Source: an uncultured bacterium (GTDB lineage: Bacteria; Omnitrophota; Omnitrophia; Omnitrophales; Aquincolibacteriaceae). Taken from it: a stretch of DNA of 64,000 nt. The notes below the pieces were generated by a model. It ran no database searches. It saw only the letters and a program-made list of their open reading frames with translations, and was not told the DNA's origin. The stretch's first letter is position 1. Every line of letters begins with the position of its first letter. Of this stretch, positions 8,872 to 19,700 are shown in pieces. The stretch spans positions 111,615-175,614 of the forward strand of contig CAZSFZ010000003.1 in the NCBI GenBank assembly GCA_964606385.1, given 5' to 3'. A program made the position numbers and the translations under genes.

Positions 8872-9312
8872 CTATTGCTCGCCGGCTCTCAAGATCCTCT
8901 GGCGAATATCGGATTCCCGTTCGAAACGATTCTGACGGGACACGTCCAGGGTCCTTTGAGCGGATGAAAGTTGCTGCTGAATATACGGGTCGTTGTTGTT
9001 CTGGTTGCTCCGCGCTGTTTTGAAAGCATCCGTCGCGCTCCACGCGTGGTTGGCGATCAAGGGCCCGAGACCCACCCAGAAAAGACCGCCGCTGGTGAGC
9101 GTTGCGAGAAGGATCGTGGTGGTGACGGCGGCGACTTCGATGCCTGCCATGATCTTGGTCTTGGTCGCCCCGATCTCGTTATTCATGGCCTGCCCTGTGG
9201 TCGGTAAAAGCAGGGACGCGCCGAATTCTTTGCCGCCCACCGCAAAAGCCGCGGGAGATAAGGACGCGAAGATCATTAAAAATGCGATAAGGATAGAAAG
9301 TTTCTTTTTCAT
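8872..9312 (-). CDS. secreted/membrane protein of unknown function
   Basis: 146 aa. Signal peptide MKKKLSILIAFLMIFASLSPAAFA, a hydrophobic segment and a Q/N-rich C-terminus. Weakly related to the paralog family (GLFWVGLG). Confidence 0.5.
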   Translation of the reverse strand: MKKKLSILIAFLMIFASLSPAAFAVGGKEFGASLLLPTTGQAMNNEIGATKTKIMAGIEVAAVTTTILLATLTSGGLFWVGLGPLIANHAWSATDAFKTARSNQNNNDPYIQQQLSSAQRTLDVSRQNRFERESDIRQRILRAGEQ

Positions 9313-9376
9313 AACGATTCTCCTTAAATTAGCTGCTTTTCCTGCTTTAAGTCTAACGGCTTTTTCGGAGAAATCT

Positions 9377-10900
9377 TTATGACTTCGAAACGCTTTCCGG
9401 ACCCCAGCTCGAGAGAACTTCGGTCAAGAGCCGAACTCCGTATCCGGTCGCGCCCTTGGGACAATCGAACCGGTTTGAGGTGCAGTTGGCCACGCCGGCA
9501 ATATCCAGATGGACCCACGGCGTTTTTTCGGGAACGAATTCTTTCAGGAACATCGCCGCCGTAATGGTCCCAGCGTAACCGTCCCCGGTATTTTTAAGGT
9601 CGGAATGGTGGGACTTGATACAGTCCCCGTAATCTTCCCACAGGGGCAGCGGCCAACACCGTTCCCCGACCTTATCCCCCGCTTCCTGGATGGCATCCAT
9701 GAGCTTCGGATCCGTCCCGAGCATCCCGCAGGTCTTATCCCCGAACGTGTGATGACACATGCCGGTGAGGGTCGCCATATCGATGATCGCTGTGGGATTG
9801 AATTTAGCGCAATAGGAAAGAGCGTCCGCCAGGATCAACCGTCCCTCGGCATCAGTATTGATCACTTCAACGGTTTTTCCGTTATACATGCGGATAATAT
9901 CGCCGGGACGCTGGGGATCATTGGCCACCGTGTTCTCAACGCACGGCGCCAGCCCCACGATGTGCACCGGCAGTTTCAGGTCCGCTACAAGCCCCATCGT
10001 CGCGATGACCGCGATCGCGCCCGATTTATCATATTTCATCTCCTCCATACCTTTGGAAGGCTTGATCGAAATGCCGCCGGTGTCGAATGTCACGCCTTTT
10101 CCCACAACGCATACCGTTCCGTTCTTCTTGTAGGCTTCTCCGTGCTCGAAAGCGATCAGCGCGGCCGGGGTCACGGCACCCGCATTCACCGCCAGGATCC
10201 CGTTCATGCCGAACTTTTTAAGTTCCGCGAGCCCAAGCACCTTACACTGCAGCCCTTTTTCGTGAGCAAGTTTTTTGGATTCCTCCACGAGCCGCGGCGC
10301 GTTCATCACATTACCCGGTTCATTATTAAGATCGCGCGCGAAATTCACGGCCTTCGCGATCTTTTCCGCCCGCGTCATAATGGGTCGGGCCAGAGGGATC
10401 AGGTCCTTCGCTTGGGTCACAAGCTCCACGGATTCCGGAGCTTTCGCCGGATCATCCTTTTTCTGGGTCTTGTACGGCGTAAAACGATAAGACGCGAGAT
10501 AAGACGCTTCCGTCATGAGCCGAACGATCTCTCCGGCGGGAAGAGCCCCTTGCACGAAAGAATCGACAAGTACCCGGACCTTGGCGGCTTTCCGGGCGTT
10601 CGCGGCGGCGATCAGCGCGCCCACGGCCTTCCGCAGGGATTCACTTTTGTAATCTTTTTTCTCGCCCAACCCCAGGAGCATCATTTCCGGCGCCTGGCGA
10701 TAGGCGGCCTGGTACGAACTGAACGTTTCGCCGCATTTTCCTTCGAAGCGTTTCCGGGTTAAGGCTGTTTCGGCGGCCCGCGCGAACGCGGGATCGATCT
10801 TTTTAAGCGCCTTAAGATCCTTCTCGCCTTTAAAGAGCCCGAAAACAAAAAGATCCGCTTTGGGCGCTGATTTTGTCAAACCCGCAAATGAAACTTTCAT
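9377..10900 (-). CDS. pepA: leucyl aminopeptidase, M17 family
   Basis: 507 aa. NTDAEGRL signature, metal ligands (VGKGVTFDTGG), AAGGAGG RBS. Confidence 0.9.
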   Translation of the reverse strand: MKVSFAGLTKSAPKADLFVFGLFKGEKDLKALKKIDPAFARAAETALTRKRFEGKCGETFSSYQAAYRQAPEMMLLGLGEKKDYKSESLRKAVGALIAAANARKAAKVRVLVDSFVQGALPAGEIVRLMTEASYLASYRFTPYKTQKKDDPAKAPESVELVTQAKDLIPLARPIMTRAEKIAKAVNFARDLNNEPGNVMNAPRLVEESKKLAHEKGLQCKVLGLAELKKFGMNGILAVNAGAVTPAALIAFEHGEAYKKNGTVCVVGKGVTFDTGGISIKPSKGMEEMKYDKSGAIAVIATMGLVADLKLPVHIVGLAPCVENTVANDPQRPGDIIRMYNGKTVEVINTDAEGRLILADALSYCAKFNPTAIIDMATLTGMCHHTFGDKTCGMLGTDPKLMDAIQEAGDKVGERCWPLPLWEDYGDCIKSHHSDLKNTGDGYAGTITAAMFLKEFVPEKTPWVHLDIAGVANCTSNRFDCPKGATGYGVRLLTEVLSSWGPESVSKS

Positions 10901-10918
10901 GATACCTCCTTAAAAGGA

Positions 10919-11272
10919 TTAGGATTGCTTGAAAAAAAAGATCTTGATCGCGACCAGAACCAAAAAAATGGCAAAAGAACGCTGGAGTAAGACCGCGTCC
11001 AATTTAAGCGATAATTTGGTCCCAAGCCAGACACCCAGGATGCTGAACAGGCCCAAAATGGCCGCAGCCTTCCAATCCACCATGCCGGCCTTCCCGTGAA
11101 AGATCGCCCCGGAAAGCGCCGTAAAAATAATGATCAGAAGGGACGTCCCGATCGCCCGATGGACATCAAAGCCTTTCAGGAGCATCAGCAAGGGCACAAA
11201 GATGGTCCCGCCTCCGACTCCGAATAAGCCTCCCAAAAAACCCCCTAAAATCCCGATCAACGCTATAGCCAT
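10919..11272 (-). CDS. TauE/SafE-like membrane protein, half-length
   Basis: 117 aa, hydrophobic. GGLFGVGGGTIFVPLLMLL is typical of the TauE/SafE (DUF81) repeat unit. Confidence 0.55.
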   Translation of the reverse strand: MAIALIGILGGFLGGLFGVGGGTIFVPLLMLLKGFDVHRAIGTSLLIIIFTALSGAIFHGKAGMVDWKAAAILGLFSILGVWLGTKLSLKLDAVLLQRSFAIFLVLVAIKIFFFKQS

Positions 11273-11296
11273 ACCTTGCTTTCCCGTTTATCTCTT

Positions 11297-11719
11297 TTAA
11301 TGGCCTTCGTGATCCAGCGCCAGATTCACGAGCCGGTCAACATGCTTGATCTTCGGATGTTCGCGTGGCACATGAAAATAAGAAATCCGTTTGAACTTTT
11401 TCTCAAGGTCTTTGACTTGTGTAAAGAACGGCTTAAGGTGCTCAGCCTTGAGCCTGTAAATCCCCGAGAGCTGGCGGGCAACGAGTTCGCTGTCCAGGAA
11501 ATAATCCGCCTCGGAGATCCCGAGCTCTGAAGCCAGCATCAGGCCGCGGACCACCGCGGTGTATTCCGCGACATTGTTGGTGGTGTCCCCGATAGTTTCC
11601 CCGTGATCGGTCAGTTTCTGGTCTTTTTCATCACAGATCAGGACGCCGATGGCCGCGGGCCCCGGATTGCCGCGGGCGCCCCCGTCGGAATAGATCTTGG
11701 CTTTCGCGAGAGCCTTCAT
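11297..11719 (-). CDS. rnhA: ribonuclease H
   Basis: 140 aa. IYSDGGARGNPGPAAIGVLI and TNNVAEYTA RNase H fold motifs. Confidence 0.8.
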   Translation of the reverse strand: MKALAKAKIYSDGGARGNPGPAAIGVLICDEKDQKLTDHGETIGDTTNNVAEYTAVVRGLMLASELGISEADYFLDSELVARQLSGIYRLKAEHLKPFFTQVKDLEKKFKRISYFHVPREHPKIKHVDRLVNLALDHEGH

Positions 11720-12408
11720 TTTGGTTCGTTCTGGGTAGGTTTCTTGTGCGCCTGACCTTTGTGCTGCGCTTCCAGGGACTCCACTTCTTTTTGAAGTTCA
11801 CGGACGCGGTTCTTGAGCTCTTTCACGGGATCCGGAAGATCTCCGTGGTCCAGGTCGATCTCTTCGGGTTTTTTACCGTCGATCCGGACGATCTCGGCCG
11901 GCACACCGACCACCGTGCAGTGGTCCGGCACCGAATGGATCACGACCGAACCGCCGCCGATCTTCACATGGTCGCCGATCTTGATATTCCCGAGCACTTT
12001 GGCGCCCACGCCGACCACGACATTGTGGCCGAGTGTCGGATGACGTTTGCCGCGTTCTTTCCCTGTCCCTCCAAGCGTCACGCCCTGATAGATCGTCACA
12101 TTTTCTCCGATCTCAGTCGTCTCGCCGATCACAACGCCCATGCCGTGATCGATAAAGAACCCCGGAGCGATCTTGGCGCCAGGATGGATCTCCACGCCGG
12201 TCAAAAACCGTGCGACCTGCGAAAGCAGGCGCGGAATAAAAGGTATGCGCAGCCTGTAAAGGATATGCGCGAACCGATACACAAGGACTGCGTGAAGCCC
12301 TGAATAGAGGAACAGGACCTCAAGGGCCCCGAAAGGCGTCCGGGCGGCCGGATCCCGTTCAAAGCAGGCCTTAAAGTCGCGGTAGATGGAGTAAAAAGGG
12401 TTTTTCAT
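11716..12408 (-). CDS. cysE: serine O-acetyltransferase
   Basis: 230 aa. Left-handed beta-helix hexapeptide repeats FFIDHGMGVVIGETTEIGENVTIYQGVTLGG. ATGA overlap with rnhA. Confidence 0.85.
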   Translation of the reverse strand: MKNPFYSIYRDFKACFERDPAARTPFGALEVLFLYSGLHAVLVYRFAHILYRLRIPFIPRLLSQVARFLTGVEIHPGAKIAPGFFIDHGMGVVIGETTEIGENVTIYQGVTLGGTGKERGKRHPTLGHNVVVGVGAKVLGNIKIGDHVKIGGGSVVIHSVPDHCTVVGVPAEIVRIDGKKPEEIDLDHGDLPDPVKELKNRVRELQKEVESLEAQHKGQAHKKPTQNEPK

Positions 12409-12424
12409 AGTGGGGGTATTATAT

Positions 12425-12514
12425 ACGGGGAATGGGAAACGGGGAACGGGGAACGTGAAATTTTTAAACCACGGCGCTAAACGGTCGTTTGCCGTTCCCC
12501 GAGGAACGTTCCCC
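12425..12514. repeat. GGGGAAC heptamer inverted-repeat element (REP-like hairpin)
   Basis: acGGGGAAtGGGAAACGGGGAACGGGGAACGtg, a 33-nt AT-rich spacer, then GCCGTTCCCCgagGAACGTTCCCC, between ychF and cysE. Confidence 0.7.
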
Positions 12515-12525
12515 GCTCTTTCGAT

Positions 12526-13620
12526 TTAGACACTAAATCGAAAGAGCATCACATCGCCGTCCTGGGTCTCGTATTCCTTGCCCTCGACGCGGAGGAGGCC
12601 TTTTTCTTTGACCGCCGGCTGGGAGCCGTATTTGACGAGATCTTCATAGCGCATAACCTCGGCCCGGATGAACCCGCGTTCAAAATCGGAATGGATCACA
12701 CCCGCGGCCTGCGGGGCCTTGGAACCTTTGCGGACGGTCCACGCACGCACTTCTTTTTCTCCCGCCGTAAAATAGGTAATGAGCTGGAGGGTTTTATAGC
12801 CGGCGCGGATCAAGGAGTTCAGTCCCGGTTCTTCAAGGCCGAGGTCTTTCAGGAAAACCTGCTGGTCTTCTTCTGAAAGATCGATCAGTTCGGATTCGAC
12901 TTTCCCGGAAATCACGACAACCTCGGCGCCTTCTTTTGCCGCGTGCTGACGCACAAGATCGACATATTTTCCGCCGCCAGGAAGATCTTTCTCGGCAACA
13001 TTCGCGCAGTAAAGCGTGGGCTTTAAGGTAAGAAAGGCCATGTCTTTCACGAGCTTTTTTTCTTCTTCATTCAGCCCGATCCCGCGGAGAGTCGTTCCAG
13101 CCTCCAGCGCCTTTTTCACCCGCTCGTAAACGGGCATTTTTTCCTTAGCTTCCTTGTCGCCGGAGCGCGCAAGTTTTTCGGTCTTGTCATAGCGGGCGTT
13201 GATCGTATCGAGATCTTTCAGGCAAAGTTCCGTATCGATCACGCTGATATCGCGTTCCGGATCGATCGAGCCGGAAACATGGACGATGTTCGGGTCTTCG
13301 AAGCAGCGCACCACGTGAAGGATCGCTTCGACTTCTTTGATGTGCCCAAGAAATTGGTTCCCCAGGCCTTCCCCCTTGGACGCGCCGGCGACAAGTCCCG
13401 CGATATCATAGAATTCGACCGTGGTCGGGGTGGTCTTCTGGGGATTATAAAGTTTGCTCAGTTCCCAAAGGCGAGGGTCCGGCACCGGGACCATGCCGAC
13501 ATTGGGCTCGATCGTGCAGAAAGGATAGTTCGAAGCCGCAGCGTGCGCCTTGGCGATCGCGTTAAAGATGGTCGATTTTCCGACATTCGGGAGGCCGACA
13601 ATACCGCATTTGAAACCCAT
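12526..13620 (-). CDS. ychF: ribosome-binding ATPase YchF
   Basis: 364 aa. Starts MGFKCGIVGLPNVGKSTIFNA (G1 motif). TGS domain at the C-terminus. Confidence 0.9.
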   Translation of the reverse strand: MGFKCGIVGLPNVGKSTIFNAIAKAHAAASNYPFCTIEPNVGMVPVPDPRLWELSKLYNPQKTTPTTVEFYDIAGLVAGASKGEGLGNQFLGHIKEVEAILHVVRCFEDPNIVHVSGSIDPERDISVIDTELCLKDLDTINARYDKTEKLARSGDKEAKEKMPVYERVKKALEAGTTLRGIGLNEEEKKLVKDMAFLTLKPTLYCANVAEKDLPGGGKYVDLVRQHAAKEGAEVVVISGKVESELIDLSEEDQQVFLKDLGLEEPGLNSLIRAGYKTLQLITYFTAGEKEVRAWTVRKGSKAPQAAGVIHSDFERGFIRAEVMRYEDLVKYGSQPAVKEKGLLRVEGKEYETQDGDVMLFRFSV

Positions 13621-13640
13621 GGCTCACTATGCTCGCGTTG

Positions 13641-13777
13641 AACGGGAAACGGTTAACGAAAAATAATCTTTATAATTTTAAAGCTCTTTTTATTTTTGAA
13701 ACGAGGCACTATAGCAGAAAATTTCTCCCCGGGAAATGACAAACGGGTAGGGCGTTCCCCGTTCCACGTTCCCCTGG
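13641..13777. repeat. GGGGAAC heptamer inverted-repeat element flanking an AT-rich promoter region
   Basis: GAACGGGAAACGGttaacg (13641-13659) and GGCGTTCCCCGTTCCACGTTCCCC (13751-13777) bracket about 90 nt of AT-rich sequence upstream of ychF. Confidence 0.65.
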
Positions 13778-13780
13778 CGG

Positions 13781-16700
13781 CTATGCCGCTCGAGCAAAGA
13801 CGATGCTGTTCTGAAATTCCTGGAGAGCCACGCGCAGCATCGCGCTCGCCATGGAAAGGTCCATGACGCCCTTTTCGGAGGGTTTCTCGTGCTGGTCCGC
13901 GTAAAGAAGCGCCATCGGTACCAACCCCGTTTCTTCCGCGATATAACGGAAATCAAAGATCTTTTTGTTTAAAGCAGAACGCGGGACGCTGCGTTTTGAA
14001 ATGCGGATGATCTTTTCATCTTTCCCGACCGGCATATCTTCCGGAGCAACCTCCGTGATCACAATGCGCCCGGCGCCTAGTTGGCGCTGAAGCCGGGTCA
14101 AACGATCCACCGCGCCCTTCGCAGAAAAAGGCTGGCTTTGATTTCCATAAAAAACGAATTTTACGTTCGGCTGCAGGATCGCCATGGTTTCGAATTCCTG
14201 TAGCTGGGCGTCCGTAAAATACGCTACATCCGCCAGGTCCGTCATGACCGTGAATTTTCCGCGCAGGTTTTCGATCGCTGTCCGCACGGACCGTTTTTCA
14301 TTAAGACCCGAAGATTGAACCGGTTCATATTCTTTGGGGCCGGTTCCGCTCGAGCGAACTTCAGACCGATCAGATTTGTCTTTCGGTGTTTTTCCTGTAA
14401 GTTCCAGCTCACGCGCTTCAGATTTCCGGACGGCTTCGATCGCGGCCTTCGCGTAGGCCTCCGTGAACGCGTCATAAAAACTCGTCCTTTGTCCGCCGAC
14501 GACCACCTGAAGGTTCCGCCCTTCCTCTGAGAAGATCTTGCTGTCGTCAAAGAGGGACCCCTGTTTTTCGGGGTGGGCATTCGCATTGAGCAACAGAAGA
14601 GCGCCATCGCTCTCAATCGCGTTCCTGACAGCGGTCTCATCGGCGTCTGCCCCGGCGCGGATCCGGATCGGAGCGGCCCCTTCACGGCGCGCCTGATCAG
14701 CCCACAACTCTTGCGCGTTCGAAAATTCTTTCCGGCTGTGATCCACCATCACGAGAGGAGCCTTCAAGTCCTTCGCGATCCTGGCGGCCTCTTTCGCCCC
14801 CCACATATCGACCGAAGGGTCCCAAGCTTCTTCCTCATAATTCTCATATTCCCTGTTTTCTCCCGGAAAACTGGATGCTGTTTTCTGCTTGATCAGGATG
14901 AAGCGGGTTTTACCCGGCTGCCATTGAGCGGCCTGCGTGTTCCACCGAGAGGGATCCCCGGACAGCTCCAGCACCCCGAGCTCCGTCTTGACGGCCTCGC
15001 TGAAGTAAGGGAAAAACTGCCCCAGGCTCATGTTCTGCCAAATGACAAGCGGCCTGTCTTTTTTCCCGGACTCATCCATCCAGCGCCGCGCCTCGAGGAT
15101 CTTTTTCAGAGCATAGGCCGCCGAAGGAGTTTCCTTTTCGATCACGTTCCAGACGGAGTAAGAAAGGCCGTCTTGCTGGACCGTGTATCGGGTCAAAAAG
15201 TCAGCCGAACTTTGATAGGCATCGGAATTTCCATCCACCCTCACTTCAGAGCGGCCGCCGACGGCAAACCGCACGATGCGAACCAAAGTTCCGTGTTCGC
15301 TTAAAACACATGGGATCGGCTGCGGCTCAAAAACATGCGGCAAGAAACGATACGCTTCCGAGGAACCCGAAGGGAGAACCGTATGAATTTCAGCAAAACT
15401 ATGCGGCTCCGACCGGACCGCTGAAAGAATATAAGGAAGTCCTTTGCCTCGGTGGGTGCTTCCGGTCATTGAATTTCCGGGCTCCACGGCCCAAAGAACG
15501 GAGGGGATCCCTTCCCCATTATCCAAAGAAAGGATCTCGATCCCTTTGCGCCCCCGGTCTTCGATCGAGCGGGCGACGATCACGCTTTGGGCCTGATTTC
15601 CCGCATGAACACGATTGATCTGGAACTCGTTAAGCACCTGCCCCATCAACTCTTCATCGGTCGAAACCTTCTCCTCACCAAGCATCCGGAAATAGACCGG
15701 CGCCGGTGTCGTCGAAAAACCTGTCTCTTCCAACAGATCGCTCAAACGCGTCCCGCGGTTAAGCTCTGAAAAACCGCTCACCCAATAACCCTTTTCTAGA
15801 AGCTCCTTCGCTGCTTCCTTGGAACCCTTCATCCACCGGCCCGCTAACTCCAGGTCTTCATGCCGCATCTCCGCCCGGTTCCGAGAATCGGGAGGGGTCT
15901 GCTGGGCGGCATAAACACCGTTGAGAGCCTCAAGAACATTGCTTTGATCGGTTTTGTCCCAGATATTGCGTGAGACAAAAAATTCCGCCAGGGGTTCCGG
16001 AAGCCCGTGATCGAGAAGACCTTTCAAGCTCGACACGACAGGACGCGTTGTGTAGGAATAAATTTTAAGATACTGAGTGATCATCTCCCGATTCGTTGCC
16101 GCATTGAACCTGGCGTCTAATAAGGCCTTTAATTCTTGCGCGGTTTTCATGAAATCGATGTCACGCGCTTCCGAACGACCCTTAGATTCAAGCCGCGGCT
16201 CAGCTGCCGGCCATTTTCTTTCTTGTCCGTTCTTCATATTACGAAGCTCAATGAATCCGGGCTCGCGCTTGATCGACTCGGGGTCCAGACCCGCTTCACG
16301 CAAAGCCGCGTCCCATCCACCGCGATCTTTATAGACCTGAAGGGCCTTGTTGTAGACCGACGATGGAGTCCGCGGCGTTCCCAACACCCCGAAAACGACC
16401 CGGGCGCCCGCTTCACTGATTTCCAGTTGGACCGTTCCTCCCCGCAGACTGAATCCTGCTTCATGAAGCGCTTTAAGGACCTGCGGGATCTTTGCTTTTT
16501 CTCCCTCCGTCCATGCCGGGATCTTTTTGGACCACCATTTAAACTGGCGCTGGGCCGCTTCAAGATCGGTCTTCGCTGCTTCATCGTTTGAGGATCCGGC
16601 CTCGCGCATTTCCGACCGTTCCGCCGTAAACCGGACGATCACCGCCGATCCTTTGAACTTGGCAATATCCTGGGCTCGCTTCCCGTCATAGGGCCGGGGA

Positions 16701-19700
16701 ATCACTTTCCTTGCGGCCGTTTCTCCTTTTCGGATCTCCGCCACCTGCCCATGAGAAATGATCGTGACATCGCCTTCCTTGATGACGCGACCCATCGCGA
16801 TCCCGTCGCCACCCCCCTCAGATTTCTGCGCCAGGAAACCGCCATGGACCAAGGCTATATCCAATTCACCCTTCGTGTTGATAGGAAATCCTTCGCCGCG
16901 ATCGATAGCGGCCACGTATCCGGTACCGGTGGCATCATCATAATCCACCACAAGAGCACCCTGCTGATGGGCATACCAATCTACATTTTCTCCGAGGTAG
17001 TTAGCCGCCATTCTCGCATTTCGAATGAATGAATAATTTTTTCCATAGCCCCTCTTGCGAAGATTCTCCGTCGCCTTCCCCATCCACTGATATCCCTCTT
17101 CAGTTCCGTCGATCAGCCCGGCCCATGCGACCACCGCTTTTTCAAACTCCGTACTATCGCCGATGAATACAAATCCTTCTTTCCCGGTTTGAACACTCTT
17201 CACATCGAGCGGAACAGGTTTGTTTCGAAGGTTGAGTTGATCCACTTTCTCCCAAACATCCGTTACCTTGGCCATAACCTCTTCCGGCACGATATCTTTG
17301 TTCCGAGCCTCGGAACGCTTTTTCGTGAGGAGGATGGCCTCGAGACCGGTGCCGCGGGAATTGCGAGTGCCCGCAAGGTCTTTGCCATTCGCCCACAGGA
17401 ACACATCTTTTGCCCCTCTGGCAATGAACTGCTGAATTACCTCCGGCAGATATGCGCCGATGAATTTGGAATCGCCCGCAAGGGTGTTCCCGACCAATAG
17501 TTGTTTCTTTCCGCGCGGATCTTCTGCCAGACCGATAAAGCTGTGGGGGTAATATGCAGCGATCAAACGAATCTCGATTTCGCGACCGTTGATGATCCGA
17601 AACTCCCCTTCGTCGAGTTTTTCTTTCTCTTTGTCTCTTCGCGCATCAAAATCTTTGTATTCCCATTCCAGATATTTCTGACGGATCGCCTCAACCGTTA
17701 ACCCTTTTTTCAATAACGGTTCGAGCGAAAGAACGATCGGCTGTCCCATGAGCGCCAACTTGATAAGTTCGGGGTCTCGATAAAGCTCCCCCAGATCATC
17801 GCTGAACCCAAGTTCGATATTCTGTTCGACTCCGTCCCGTACCATACGGAAAAACGGTAGCCGGAAAATATGGCGAAGATCATCGAATTGTTCATGAAGA
17901 TTCTTGAGATTGTCTTTACCGTTTTTTACGATCCGCTGCCCATAGACCGCATAGCGAATGCCCGTCACGGGATCTCCCCGTTCATCAAAAATACCGCGGG
18001 TGCCATCCGGCTTCATGAGCTGGAGACTCATGACGGAGAGCGAACCATCCTCCCCTGTGACCAGCATGTCATAGACGCGGCCCGCTTTCGGGTCGCGTGC
18101 CGAAGAATATACTTTTCCATCCGCCACGCCGACAAACCAGTCATTGATCCCGAGATTTCCGTTCGGAAGCACAAGCTCGACTTTCTCATCGGAATGTGTG
18201 ACTTCATAGGTTTCAATGAATTGAGAAACAGTCTTCTTGAACGCCTCGACCCGGGGATCATGAGACCCGTAGGGTTTTCCCTCGCGGTCCACATAAAGCG
18301 GCCCATGGACCCTGTCCCGGAAAAGCCGGCTCACGCCGTCAGCTTTGAACCATTGTTTTGTCGGATCTGTTTCGTCCGCGCCGCTCACGCTCAAGACAAC
18401 CTTGATCTTGTCGGGATCAAAGGCCTCTATTTGGGGCTCTACTTTCTGGAACTTCGATGTCCGTATCTCGGACCTCTTCGCTTCATCTTTCTCATTTTTC
18501 CGGATGCGAACATCCCAGCCATATCGATGCGCGGGAGCATCGCTCAAAATACCGCCTCCTCGCAATTTCAGGATGGCCTGAGTAAGTTCTTTATAATGTG
18601 GAATGCTTAATTGCGGGAGCCCTCCCGGGAAACTACTCCCCCGGTCTGTAAACGCGAGTTCGCGCGGCGTGCCGGGGACATGATAGTAGGCATGATCATC
18701 GGTAATAAAATAGCCGCCTTGCGGAAGCGCATCCTGGAGTTCTAAAATAAATCCTGGGTTCTGCGCGTAATCCAGGGGGACTTCCTCACCGGCGCGTTGA
18801 TAGTAACCGTTGAAGCCGGATCCCAAAAGTTCCCGGTAAGCATAAGACCGTGTGATATCGGCATCCACGAACAAAACCGTCCGAGACGATAAGGTTTTCC
18901 CTAGAGGATGTTGCCATTCGAAATCGAGACCAAGTGACTGTTCGTAAGAAGTGATCTGAAAATTTTTAACTCCCAAAGCGTCCAATTCCACGGTCATTGC
19001 GATAAGCCGCTCCAACGGACCCCTTAACCATTCTCCGACAGAATAACCAAAGACTTCTTTATTATAACGATATCGATCCGCTAATTCCGATGCCAACCAG
19101 CGTGCCCGGGTCCCCGGATCCAGGATCTGTCTGGGGTCCATCGGAATTGCTCCGGTCAACGCGTCTTTGAACCACCCGAAGTAATCGGAAATGAACAGCC
19201 CGCGCGTCATATTCGTGCTCAAAAGCGCGTTCGAAAGATCCACGCCGGCTGCGCCATAGATCAATCCGTAATCCTTAAGCGAAGGATTCACCACGCTCAA
19301 AATCATCCAGTCATGGAGAATATAAGCCGGATCCAAAAGATGGCTCACTTCGGATCCCGCCGCCTTTGCTTTCAACCCTTCCCAATTGGCAAATCTTTCC
19401 GCATCTCTCACTTCTGAGCGGTTGGTATTTGCGGCTTGTTCCAATACATCACGAACGTCTTGATTGGCAGGATCGTGAAGAAGCGGGGCGAGGAGATCGC
19501 TGGAAAGCTGGTCGTGGCCGAGGCTCATCAGTTCATCATAAGCGTATTCATGAATGGACCAGACTTCACCAAGACCGTTCTTGGCTTTCTGCTGCGCCTC
19601 AAGCCACTGTTTGAAACCGGCTTCCCCCAACTCGGCAAGCTTCGTCTCTAAAAGTTTTCCCGTAGCCCGGATCTTTTGGATCTCTTCGATGCTGGCAAAA

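Noticed and set aside
12425-12514. Heptamer arrays considered as a CRISPR array or as intrinsic terminators.
   Set aside because: Units are 7 nt, imperfect and arranged as inverted arms around a single spacer, not as 25-40-nt direct repeats with unique spacers. No cas genes are present. There is no U-tract after the hairpins, so they are not classical rho-independent terminators.
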